From Eledone cirrhosa (lineage: Eukaryota), in assembly GCA_964016885.1 (NCBI GenBank), contig OZ024764.1:21204001-21268000 (forward strand): DNA of 64,000 nt. Direction: 5' to 3'. The translations under genes and the position numbers were made by a program. Below are positions 39,607 through 52,929 of this stretch, one piece after another; positions within the stretch are counted from its first letter, which is position 1; the number at the start of each line of letters is the position of its first letter. The notes under the pieces are model-generated. The model made no database searches. It saw only the letters and a list, made by a program, of their open reading frames with translations, and was not told where the DNA came from.

Positions 39607-41630
39607 ACACTATAAATTCAATTTATTCACGTTTATAATAACATATATAATGACACAATGCTTAGAGGAATGTCATAGAATCACTTATATCAACACAAGT
39701 GGATAAGTTCCTTCAGAATGAAAACATAAACAGAGCATATAAATAAATTTACAGTAGAATAACATAACAAATATGTTTTAAATATATAAATAACATTACA
39801 AATGCCTCGGTAACACTATAAAGGATGATACAATGAAAAATAAATTCCTTCAATGTTGCAATATTAAAGAAAATGTAAAAGAAGGGGTGGACAACGGAGC
39901 CAACACCAGAGCAAAAGACAGCAACGAGGGGTACTGGGAAACCTCTCTAATGAGTTTTGAGGCAAGCCAGCACACTGGCAGTGTTACATCGGGTGATGGC
40001 GAGGCTGAGGTGCTGGAACAGCCAAGCGCCCTCGCGATTTCGAAAGTTACCTCTATAAGGCGAGCCGCCAGTGAAGAAAGGAACCTCGCAGTCAGCGGCC
40101 CGACTCCCCCAAACGTCTCGAAAGCCACAGGCTGAAAAATGTAGCTGGCCGACAGATCAGAGTATTTGAGGGTCTTACTCCGCTCGGCTGCCGAAGCTGT
40201 GGCTCTCGTCCTTACCGCAGCATCAAGGATGTGGGAAAGAGCAAAGGAGTCACTAACAGTGACGTCCCAGATTAAGCACCTGCCTCTCGACCAGGGGCAC
40301 AGGGTAAGGCCGTCAGGTCTTTTGCCGTCACTTCTGGACAACCCAGATGGTTCCAAGACTGAGGGGATGTTTGCCCGGGCCAAAGCTCTCTTCAGAATAA
40401 AGTTTAGCTCCGTGTGACGGGCAAAGTGGCCGGCATTCAGGCGGCAAGAAAGACCGTGGGGGCCTGTGGAGTGGAGGAGTTAGCCACATCTCAAACCCAT
40501 GCAGACGTCAGCTCCCACTCTGAGGGTGATGAAGACACGAACTTCATCCAGGCTGAGTAGGCCTCCAACGTTGGCCACGGGTAAGGCATCGACCCAGTCA
40601 CCGGAGTATTTGGCGCTGGCAGATGGTAAGCTGCACCTTGTAAACTGATCTGAGAGGACAAAGAGGGAGTCGAAGGTGGCATTCCAACGTATCCTGTCCC
40701 AAGTTCTCTGACTTCGACTGTCCTCCACCTTCTCAGGAAGAGACATGCCCAACTCACTCCATTGCTGGAGAGCTTCACACAACTCCCTGTTGGAACTAGT
40801 CCATGTTGGAGAGGAGAGGATGCTGCAAGCTTGGGTGGAGGAAAGGAAGCAGGGGAGAGAGAGGGACGAACACTTACTAACATTGACCAGACACTCGAGT
40901 CTCTCGAAGATTAGGTCGTCGAAGCGTTGGAGGCAGGATGGAAATCTGTGAGAGGGGCTGACTCTGAGCAGATACAGAAGCTTAGGAATAGACAGGTAGT
41001 TCCTGAGTAAGAAGAAACCTTGATGGGGTTCGATATCTTCAATATTCCTCAGCAGCTGCTCAAGGCCAACCATCTTCGATTGGACGGTTGACTCGAAGGC
41101 CAGGTCTGTGATCGGGGCTCCTAAGGAGCTTTGATTTGGAGAAGCCCTGGGGGGCCGTGGCAAAGTCGTCGGTAGAGTGTTGGTCATCCCCATGGAATAG
41201 TCAGAGCTGAAGTGGCACCGATGACAGGTCCAGTGTTGAAGCCTTTCGGCTTGAGCTTTGGCTTGCGTGGCATAGGTGACATTTAATTGTCTTTAAGTAC
41301 TGGTTAGTGCGGGCACAGAGGGCGCAATCAGGTGGCGGGCTGGCAACAGCCGGCAGTAGAGGGCCAGCGTTAGAAGGTGTAGAAGGAGTGAGAAGATGAT
41401 GAGTACGTAGAGAGGAGTGTGGTCATGTGAGAGGCAGATAAATACAGTGGGAGAGAAAGAGCACTGAACATGCAAAGAGAATGAAAATAAAAACGCTAGA
41501 AATACAAAATCTAAGGCTGTGAGTTTGTGTAATAGTTCGCATGGGTAAATCCGCAGTAAAAACCGAAATTGTGAGTTTGTGTAAAAAAAAAGAAAAAAAA
41601 AAAAAAACATGGGCAAGACTTAAGTAAAAT
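39607..41630 (-). mobile_element. CRE-clade element, internally deleted duplicate
   Basis: Near-identical RLE ORF at 39850-40383. The RT core is removed at ~41125 (GAGC microhomology); a second deletion lies at ~41370. Confidence 0.85.
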
Positions 41631-42571
41631 CAAAACCTGAATGATAGTGATACAAGATGTTTACAATTACGGAGTGATTACATTACTGGACCTGAATTCT
41701 ATCAAGTGGTCAAAGCTTCTAATTCTGTGAAATAGAATGGAAGTATGGATTGACCTTTCAGTCACACCTGACTATAAATAGATTCAGGTTATTTCAAGAG
41801 GGAGATGGGATGGTTCCTCGCCATTTATAATTATTTATATTTTATATTTGGGGGGTTTCATTTTGAAAAATTGTAAGTGTATGTTAAGGAGGAAAGTATA
41901 ATTGTGTGATACAATTGCTCCAGGTTGGTTCCCTACGTTGTTGCCACAAACAATTCTTTTTTCCTCCGAACATCTGTTATTCCTCTCCGTAGATTATAAA
42001 TGGTAAAATCCGTTCGATCCAACCGAATGGAAAATCCAGTTCCTTGAAGAATATTTTGAGTTGTCTCGGACAAAGCAAAAAAGGGGGCAAGTTGAAAATG
42101 TTTACCTCGTTTGGTGGTCAATTGCCATCTCCCACTGTGTTTTTCTTTCCTTTATCATTATTGTTCAATAAATTATATTATTACACACAGTTTAGACAAT
42201 ATATTTGTAATGTCTTTCTCAAGGAATTGCCAGCAATTTATAATGTTATTTACACACTTATGTTATTTATGTATATATTTAAAACATATTTACAACGTTA
42301 TTCTACTGTAAATTTATACAATTGTAATAAAATATATTAATTATATCATCACATAATATAAAAACGACCTTTAGAATATTTAAATATTTAGTTTTGTTAA
42401 TTTATTTTTCAGCAACAATAAAAGTTTTCACTTTAATTAATTAGAGGTAGGTAAAATATAGATAATTACGATAACATTTTATATTTCCAGTAATGAAACA
42501 AACAAGAAAATATATATTTGTGATGTGAAAAGTGAGCTTAAATCTACAATATTAATAGACATAATACTTAC

Positions 42572-42715
42572 ATTATAGTCTCAGGAGTTTAGTATTTACA
42601 GAAATGTTGTCTAAATGTTGTTGTAGGAAGACTAACACGTGGGCAGGAAGTCGACAACTGCACCACTGCGCATGCTTCAATGTCAAAGGTCAAGTTTTTT
42701 TGTGACGTAAAATCT
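42572..42715 (-). promoter_or_regulatory. Putative ZNF promoter/exon 1, copy C
   Basis: Same motif cluster and donor as 21479-21610, plus an extra TCAAAGGTCAAG segment. Confidence 0.55.
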
Positions 42716-43190
42716 TTTTACGGAATTAAATTATGTAAAGTTTGTAATAAAAAAATGAAGTTGAAAACAGTAAATGTAATTAAAATAGAGAAAGTAAGGT
42801 GTTGGTGGTGAGGAATGGACGGTAGACGTTTCACCTCAGTCTAGGTAGTGTATTTTACCTGTGTCACTCGGACAATAGCCAGCGATGACCACTACACCAA
42901 CCACTCTCTCCTTCAGGTGGTGTCCACTTTCGTGAGTCTGTAGAATAACAGGGCAGTTGGAAGACAGGGGAGGTCTTGACTTGAAAAGAGTATCACTTGA
43001 TACCTCGATATAACCTGTTGGTAGAAATAGTAGGGTGCTGGATCAATCGAGTACTGTGGCAGAGATCACCGGGTATCTCGGGTCATATGGAGGCTAAGTT
43101 GCCAGAACAGCTAAGTACCCTGACAGATATCACCGTGTATCTCGGTAAGATCGGGTCATATGGAGGCTAAGCTACCAGAACAGCTAAGTA

Positions 43191-43770
43191 TGTAGTGACC
43201 TACGTTCCGCGGGCTCACATACATTCTCTGTGCGTGATTTGGCTCAGTTCAGCCAATCAGCGCCAGTAGAAGAGGATGTATCCCTACGCGCCCTGAGGAA
43301 GAAATTCCCCGCGAAGATTTGAAGAATCTCTCTCTTGTACCGGAAACTTCAAGCCAGCAACACGCATAATGTAACGGTGAGATTTGCACCCTAGCCTCGC
43401 CGGCTTAACGGCGCAATGGCACATTCCCTTTTGTAACCTCTTTTTATCTGTAACTTCAACCATATAAATAAACAAACATTTCATCTCTAATTACTGCTGT
43501 TGAAATCATTATTATGTTTCTCGTGTCTCAATAACATCTATAATCCATGCTGCTGGAATTGGCGACCTGACGAAAGGAATATTGTAAATAGATGGTAAAT
43601 AGATCGAGGGACCTTCCCTCACGTCTATGTCAACAAGATAATCCAACGAGGATACTATCACTTACCACACTGGCAACTAACGACCTTCAATCATCTACCC
43701 TGTTAAAGTAACGACCACTGATTCTACCACCCTGCTAAAGTGGCGACTACTCTATAACCAATACTGCTAA
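43191..43770 (+). mobile_element. Solo LTR
   Basis: Starts TGTAG; 5-bp TSD AAGTA at 43186-43190 and 43771-43775; CCAAT box (AGCCAATCAG) and AATAAA at ~43467. The 3' end reads GCTAA rather than ..CA. Absent from A and D. Confidence 0.72.
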
Positions 43771-45131
43771 AAGTACCATCACAAGAGTCATCGGGTATCT
43801 CGGTAAGATCTGGTTATAAGGAAGCTAAGCTACCAGAACAGCTAAGTACCCTCACAAGAGTGATCGGGTCCTTCGGTAAAGCCAGCCGCCAACAGTGACA
43901 ACAACTTCGTTGTCAGCAGCCCAGCTTCTCAAACATCACAGACTGGAATAAATACTTTGCCGATAATTACTGGTAGTTTAACTTTTATTTCGTTCGTCTA
44001 CAGAAGCAGTGACCCTCACTTTTACTACAACATGTAGGATGTGGGAGGGAGACAAAAACATCACTAACTGTGGTCTCACAAATGTGACAGTTAGTTTTCA
44101 AAATACATATACAAGATACAAGATAAATGACTAGACTGAAATATATTTGATAGGGAATAAAGAGTAGAATATTCTAGTCTGTGGTGTTGGAGAAGTTTGG
44201 AGGAGATAGGTCCCTGACAACGAGGTTCTTGTTATCGTTGGCAGCTCTCCTTACCGAGGTGTCAGGTGATACATATGAGGGTGTTTGGTAGTTCCAACAT
44301 CTTAGCCTTGCTATCACTCGAGGTAAGACTGTCTCAGAAAGTATTAGAGGGAGACTCCGGCACCCCATGTGATGTGAGACTGATTGACAGAGTGTTGACT
44401 TAATATTTTCATTTGTTGTGATCCCTATGTAAGTAACTTGGTTACGTGAATCATTGTGAATCTCGTAAATAGTTAAACAGAAATCTATTTAGGACACAAA
44501 ATAAAGCAGGTTACGTTGAACAAAGTATTTAAAGGACGTATATCAAAAAGAAGGGTGGATGTAACGAGAGTTGTCTCCCCTTACATATGTAATACAGTAG
44601 TGTATGTTTGTGTTTCTCTCTATATACTTTTTATGATCGACTTTTCGTCAAATCGGACCGAAGAAACAATGTTCCCATTGGTCTTTCCAATTGCTAATAC
44701 TATCTATCGGTCGCAACTCCAGGTAGAAGGAGCAACGTGAAATAAAATGTCTTGCTCCAGGACAGAACGCATCGCCCAGTCTGAGAATCGAACTCACAAC
44801 CTCACAATTCCGAATCCAATTCTCTAACCACTCAGCCACACGCCTTCATATATATATATATGAAAAAAATCTCGTTTTTTTACAAAAACAATATAAAATA
44901 ATGGAAGGTGGAGAAGTTAAAACAGCTCAACATACAGTAATTTATTATAATAAACATTACAAAAGACTGTCTCATACTTCTTTGAAAGATGTTTTCAAAC
45001 AAACACGTGTACAAAATCCTATTGTGTTAAAAGTAATAATTACGTATGAAACAAATTATTCATTAAAGTAATTAGCAAATACGTTTTTATATATGGTGTC
45101 TAGCAAGGGGACCCACTCGCCTCACTCCTAT

Positions 45132-47375
45132 TGTTTTTTTTGTGCAATTTTTGTCAACTATTTTTAACTTCCATTAATCACGTGCAGCTCATTAACAGAA
45201 AACTTTCCTTCAAAATTTTAAAAGATTTTGTTTTTGAAATGGTTAGTGCTCCTCCAGCTAAGAGAAAAAGGAAATTGAACGAAGAAGGGCAAGTGTTTCA
45301 AGAAAAGTGGGAATTACAGTAATTTTGCCCAATGGTGAACAGAAAGATACACTGTTTAATTTGCAACAACTACATCGCCAGGCCAAAAGAGTACAATTCA
45401 AAAAGACATTATGAAACAAACCCTCGATCTTACGATAAATATGAAGGCCCAATGTGTGTTTCAAGACTCAAGGAATTGAAGGTGAACTTGACACAGCAAT
45501 AGACCTGTTTTATGTTAATTCAGGAAGAGAATGTCACTTCCGTTACTGCAAGCTATGAACTCAGTCAGATGATTGCCATGAGTGGGAAATCTTAGAGTGA
45601 AGGAGATTTTGTAAAGTAATGTCTTGTAAAAACAGCTGAAATTGTCCAGAGAAAGCAGAGTTATTCAAAGACATTTCATTAACCAGGAACACTGTTGCTG
45701 AACAGATTAATGAAATGTCAGGTGATCTGAAACAACAGTTAAAGGCTGTATCATCAAGGTTTGAACATGTTTTTATTGCTATTGATGAGACTCTTGACAT
45801 CACTGGAATAGTACAGCTTGCATTCTTCACCAGGGCCTGTGACTGTGAATTTAATATTTATGAAGAACTGATTGAACTGGTCCCCATGCATGACACTATA
45901 ACAAGCCAGGACATCTTTGAGAAGGTCAAGCAGGGTCTGCATGGTTTTGATCTGAGTAAACTTGCATGTTTATCTACTGACAGTGCTGCAAATATGGTTG
46001 GTAGACATAATGGTGTTGCTGCCAAGTTACAAACAAAAATAGAAAACTCATATCTAGATTCATCATTTGCACATTTTCACTATTATTCATCAACAAAATT
46101 TATGTTCAAAGATTTTAAAATTGCATCATGTGCTTAGCTTGGTCACAAAGACAGTGAACTAAATCAGAGGCCATGCTCTCAAACACCGTTAGTTCAGCCA
46201 GTTGTTGGAAGATATGGATAATCAGTTCGCTGATGTTCCATTCTACACAGAAGTCTGCTGGTTGACATGTCACAAAGTGCTGAAAAGTTTCTATTTGTTG
46301 AGACAAGAAATAATTATGTTTTTGGAGAGAAAAGGTTAAAACACAGATGAAATAAAAGATGAAAGTTGGCTCCAACATCTGGCTTTTGTTGTGGATATTA
46401 CTGCACAATTAACTGATCTTAATTACAAGGTTAAAACAAACCCATTAATCAGTTGAATGATGACATCATGTGCTTCATTAGAAAACTAAGCTTATGGAAA
46501 TCTCCGTCGTCAGATGAAAATTTAGTTCATTTTCCTATGTGCAAAGAACTGAAAAACACTGCCAATACTGAGTCTGTATTTAGCTTAGTTAAGTATGACA
46601 GTCACCTGGAATTGTTGTTAAAGAAATTTCAAGAAAGATTTTGTGATTTCTCATTTTTTGAACATCAGTTTACATTATTCTCAGCACCATTCACCTTTGA
46701 TGAAGGCAGAAGAATGCCTGCAGATGGAACTATTGGAAATGCAGTCAGATTCTACACTCAGAACAAAGTATCTTGTAGTGGGGATACCTGGTTTCTTTTC
46801 ATACCTTCCTGAAAAGTTTATTAACATCAGAAAGTTTGTCACAAAGATTATGGCAATGTTTGGTTCTACCTATGTGAGTGGACAGTTATTTTCCTTCATG
46901 AAATTAACAAAAACTTCTCAGAGAACAAGGCTGACTGATCAACACTTGTCATCTGATCAAAGTTGGAACTGTACAAACATTTCAGCCAGACATACCAAAC
47001 ATTGTCAACAGAAAGAAGTGTCAAGCCTCAGGACAAAACACTAAAAATGGTTGAATAGTAGCAAATAAATGTTCAGTTTTCAACTGTTGTTATTTGTGTA
47101 CAATGTATTTGTTGCTGTTACAATCTGCAAGTATATGTTGACATGTTAAATTTTAGTTTTTTGTCAAACTACTTCATTACTTTGTATTCATGAATGCTGC
47201 TAAAACATTTGTATGTACATTGTATGTTTCTAAATTTAAGTAACAAATCTTTCTGCAATATATTTTATTAAATGACTTTAATTAGCTGTAATGTACATAA
47301 TTAGTTGTAGTGTGCAACCCTCAGACAACACACGTGACCTATGTGGCTCTTGGGGAACCCTGTTTCTTATGTCTC
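45132..47375 (+). mobile_element. hAT transposon, duplicated copy lacking left end
   Basis: Right TIR and TSD retained; left TIR removed by a deletion at ~45131; middle is full length as in A. Confidence 0.88.
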
Positions 47376-49635
47376 ACCTACATGATAAACACACCCAACA
47401 CAGGCTGTAATGTGGTTGGTCATGTGAAGGACATCTAGCTATAGAAAGCTTGCCCGACAATAGTGTCGGAGAACCCTTCAATCATGACAAAGACATGACA
47501 ACCTTTTCTGTGCACTCAGTAGCAAATGAGACCTTATGTAAATAAGTCTCAGATCCTTGGTCTGTCTGGGAGATCAGTAGCCTCACTTCAGTACTTACTT
47601 GGTTGAAGTAGACTCATTAAACCCTTGCTAGCAGGGAAATCTGATGTTGATTATGTAACCTCAACCTCTTCTTATTAACCCACTCATTCCAGAGAGGGTC
47701 TTGGGGGCAGAGTCCTCAAACACTCCCTCCAACAGGTCCTGTCAGAAGCAACCCACTCCAACTTATCTGGCTGGATCTCCCAGAGAGACCAGCCAAGCTC
47801 ATGGATGTTATGTGACCATCTTGCTCAGGTCTACCCCTGGGTCTCCTGCCAGTTAGTTTTGCCTGTAAAATCTATCCAGTGATTCTTTCCTCAGACATTC
47901 TAACCACATGGCCATAGTATTGCAGCTGTGATCTCTCAATTAGGAGAAGTAACAGCTCCACCTGGAGTGACTCTCTGATCTCAGAGCTATGCACTTTATT
48001 GAGAAACGTTCCTTCAAAGACCCTTCAGAGGAATCCCATATCTGCCATTTGTATTCCCAATCATATTCTTTTGGTCATTACCCAAGATATGTGACCATAG
48101 GTAAGGGTTGGCACAAAAACCTAATTGAAGACAGCAAGTTTGGCTTTTATGCCTACCTCCCTTCTTCTGATTAGTGAATATTGGAGCTGGTGCATTACTG
48201 ATATTTCACTGCCCACACTGCAAAGTGGTTGGGTAGGGGTTATGACAAAAAGCACCCAACCCTCACTATAAAGAATACACAGTCAACATTATAAGGTGGT
48301 CATGTAGGTGACATGACAAAAAGCACCCAACCCACACTGCGAAGAACACACCGCCAACACTCTAAGGTGGTCATGTAGGTGATATGACAAAAAGCACCCA
48401 ACCCACACTGTAAAGAACACACAGCCAACACTATAAGCTGGTCATGTAGGTGATATGACAAAAAGAAACCAGCCCACACTGTAAAGCGGTTGCGTAGGTG
48501 TCACGGCAAAAATCACCCAGCCCAAACTGTAAAGTGGTCATGTAGGTGACAACAAAAAGTACCCAGCCGAAACTTTAAAATGGTCATGTAGGTGTCACGA
48601 CAAAAAGCACCCAGTCCACACTGTAAAGTGGTCATGTAGGTGTCACAACAAAAAGCACCCAGTACTTAATGTAAATAAGCTTGGTTCTAGGAAGGGCATC
48701 CAGCTGTAGAAACCAAACCAAAATTGGTTCTGTAGGAGCAACACGTGGTCACCTGACCTGGCATTGCTTACAACAGGATAACTCGTCTAACCCATGCCAG
48801 CGCAGAAAAACTGATGTTAAACAGTGATGATGATATAACATTTGTTTAATAATGAATTCCAATCTCATTGTTAACAGCTATAGATGTCAGGATGTGAACC
48901 TTCTTACTGAAATATCTTCTCCATGTTAGTGGCTGAAGAAGATTTAGAAAACTTTCACACAATAACAGTATTCCCTAACTTCTCCCCTAAAAAATACAAG
49001 ACAAGCAGGGCCAGACTTTTACCTACTGAAGCCCTAAGCTATATGAAGTTAGAGGTTCTTCTCTAAAAATATATAATTATCTTTTATATTAATGTTGGTG
49101 TGAACCTCACGAGATTGAATGGCTCTTCCAGCACATCTAGAACAACATGACCCTCTAATATCTAGTATTTAGTAACAAACTAGACCACCCGCGACCTGTT
49201 GGGTCACGTTCCTTTATCACTATTTTTTAAAAGTCATTTAAAATATACACATACGTATATATATATATCATCATCATCATCACCGTTTTATGTCCGTTCT
49301 TCCATGCTAGCATGGGTTAGACGAGTTGTCCTGTTGTGGGCAGCGTCTGGTCAGCTGACCATGCCTTGCTCATACAGGAACTGATTTGGCTCGATTTCTA
49401 CAGCTGGATGCCCTTCCTAACACCAACCTCATTTACAGTGAGTGCTGGCTGCTTTTTCGTGGCGCCTACATGTCCACTTTACAGTGTGGGCTGGGTGCTT
49501 TTTTGCTGTGGCACCTCCACGACCACCTTGCAGTGGGAGGGTGTGGGGGCATATTGTCTATATGCTTCATACGTATATGTATATACAGATACATATATAT
49601 GCACATACATATATATATATTTATATATACGTATA

Positions 49636-49678
<43 letters not shown>

Positions 49679-51193
49679 ATTTTATTTAACACCACCAGCT
49701 CCCACTCTCTCACCACCACTGTCTCGCTCTCTCCCTATATTTATGAAGGTACCCAGAAAACCCCGTATCTTGGGAACCTGTACTCCAATTTATACAAAAC
49801 TTGTTTTATTCCTTTCAAAGTATTTCCCCATTATGCACTGTTTTAGCTGTATTAAATTACGGACAAAACACAATCACAGAGTTTTAGTAGTATATAGATA
49901 ATATAGCTTCAAATTAAAGTTAGTAAATGACAGTTTGGAGAAATCTGTAACATTTATTAAACATTCCTCAAGTTTGTCAATTCTATAACACAATAGTTTG
50001 TTAGTTAAAGTGTTTAGTTAGATGTTCTACATATAAAGAAGAGAGAATAGTTTACCACAAATATTACAGTGGTATAATGATTTTCCCATCTCTTCTGGAA
50101 AATATTCCTATGTTGATGTAAATATTTCTCTTGTTCATAATTTTACCAAATGTGATCTTTGTCAATATGCAAATATTTTGAAAACTCTTTTGTAAATATC
50201 CAAAGTTTAATCAGAATGTAAAATCATCTTGTAAATATTGCAGACAGTGAAAAAGGAAAATGTTGTTATTTATCTCAATTCAGAAGAAATATTTCACCAT
50301 AATTCACCACAGACTAAACAAGTTCATATCACTTGTATGTAACATCTTTCTGTTGTCTTTAAAAGACTCTTTTCTGTCAAGGTCATGTGATATTCTGAAA
50401 TAGTAGAGAAACATTATTAAGATATTTAGAAAATAGAGATACAACAGTGAAAACTTTACTACATCTCTATATTAATAGATATAAACCTTACATGGTGACA
50501 CAAACACTGCAACACTAACTTACAGGAAAACATCTAGTTACTTGATCTAGTTACTTCAATCAGGTGAAGAGATAAACTAGATTGACTTCATTCTCATCAG
50601 AAAACAGGATAGACAGATGGTTGGGAATATTAACTCCTTTACTGGAGAAGGACGTACCACTCAACATAGACTAGATACTAGGTGTAAGATCTAGAGGGAC
50701 TGACAGATACAAGACTATCTGGAGATAGAAGGGGTGGAGAGTAAAAGATCTCCCTGTTAAATATAAGATCTAGAGGGACTGTGAGAGAGGTACAAGACAA
50801 CCTAGAGAAAAGGGTAGAGACAGTAAAGAATCTCCCTGTTAAATATGATATATAGGGACTGTGAGAGTGTAATAAGACAATCTAGAGGAAAGGGTAGGGA
50901 CAGTAAAAGATCTCCCTGTTAAATATAAGATCTAGAGGGACTGTGAGAGAGGTACAAGACAATCTAGCAAAAGGGGTAAGGACAGTAAAAGATCTCCCTG
51001 TTAAATATAAATTCAGAGATGTTCTACATGATACATATGATAAGGAGGAGGAGATTGATAGCTATGACATAGAAGATATCTGGAAGTTTCTTTCAGGCAG
51101 CCTGTTGTGAACCACTGATGAGATCTGTAGTTGATGTAAGCTGTCAGCCAGATGAATGTTGCCTTGGTGATGGAATAGTACAGTAGATAGAAG

Positions 51194-51600
51194 CCGACCA
51201 TACCCAATTACACCTCTTAAAGGCAATGACACACGTCCGTGACATCTGGCGTCACGCAGTAATACAGAGTACCCGACCTCACACGGGTACGAGCTAAAGC
51301 ATATAGACAATATACCCCCCCCCCCCCTCCCAAGGTCGTCGTGCAGGTGCCACGGCAAAACAGCACCCAGCCCACACTGTAAAGTGAACGTGTAGGCACC
51401 ACGAAAAAGCACCCAGCACTCACTGTAAATGAGGTTGGTGTTAGGAAGGACATCCAGCTTTAGAAATCAAGCCAAATCAGTTCCTGTATGAGCAAGGCAT
51501 GGTCAGCCAACCAGACACTGCCCACAACAGGACAATCCGTCTAACCAATGCTAGCGTGGAAGAACGGACGTAAAACGGTGATGATGATGATGATGATGAT
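51194..51600 (+). mobile_element. RTE-tailed SINE-like retroposon, recent insertion
   Basis: TSD GATAGAAG at 51186-51193 and 51601-51608; long (GAT)n tail; empty site at ~35877 in copy C. Confidence 0.87.
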
Positions 51601-52071
51601 GATAGAAGTTGAAATCTAAAACACCTGAAGAGACAGGAGGGGAACAACAATATCAAATAGTTAAAATGGAAGCTAGATATTAGGCTTACAAGTTATTGAT
51701 TTCTGTTGTTATTGTTAAAATCTGTGATATGTGAGACAATGGACAGGACAATAGAATTAATATCAACGTCAGACTAGCAACAACAAAAGTTTTCATTTTA
51801 TTGGCAGGTTTAAATTACAGAAGTTCCCAAACCTTTACTGAAAATACAAATATATATATCTTACCTGTTAAAGTATAATAAATCAAAGTTTAATGTGAAA
51901 AACTTTAATTTACACAAAATCTTCAAACACTACTTCAAAAATGGAAACCTGGTGTTTATGATCCCTGTCATAGGTAAAACCTACAAGGTTAACCCCAGTT
52001 TTAGCAAGGATGATGGATCTACACAATTGTTGTTGTTGTAGTATGATGTAATGAGTTTGATATTGATACAG

Positions 52072-52281
<210 letters not shown>

Positions 52282-52929
52282 TCAATCACCTCAGTTTCTC
52301 ACATAATTCACAGCTTAATACTGAGAAATTTAGTTATATTACTAAATCACTTCAAAGTGTTGAGTGTTTTCAAAATTATTTGAAAATGATGGTTAGTGTA
52401 TTTCATTAGAAATGGTTAATGTTGAGGATATGTCTGATGTAACGTGCTCTTTAATGCCAATATCCTCTGGTATTCTGAAATAATAAAAGAACATTATAAG
52501 ATACTGAGAAACTTGTAATACATCAGTACAAATTTCATATAATATTTCTATATTGATAAATGGACTGTAATAAATACTAAGGCCTTCTTTGGTGAAGAAT
52601 GTGCTGACTAACATAGGTTAGTTATTAGTGGTAGTAGATTAAACTGACTGATAAAAGTAGTTACTAGTGACATTAGATTAAACTGACAGATAAAAGTAGT
52701 TATTAGTGACATCAGATTAACCCTTTAGTATTCACATTACTCTATATTTACTATTATATTTTCACAGTAAATGCTTTATCTCTCATAATATCAAATCTAT
52801 GAGATTTTGATGTTACTTATTTTGAGAACAATACCTTAACATAAGTATAAGTGACCAGTTACGGCCAGTTTGAACAGAAAGACATGAGACAATTCTGGCC
52901 AGATATGGCCAGTTTATATACTAAAGGGT

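Noticed and set aside
51194-51205. 5S rRNA-derived head (CGACCATACC)
   Set aside because: The match is only ~10 nt; the rest does not follow 5S and no internal A/C boxes are seen.
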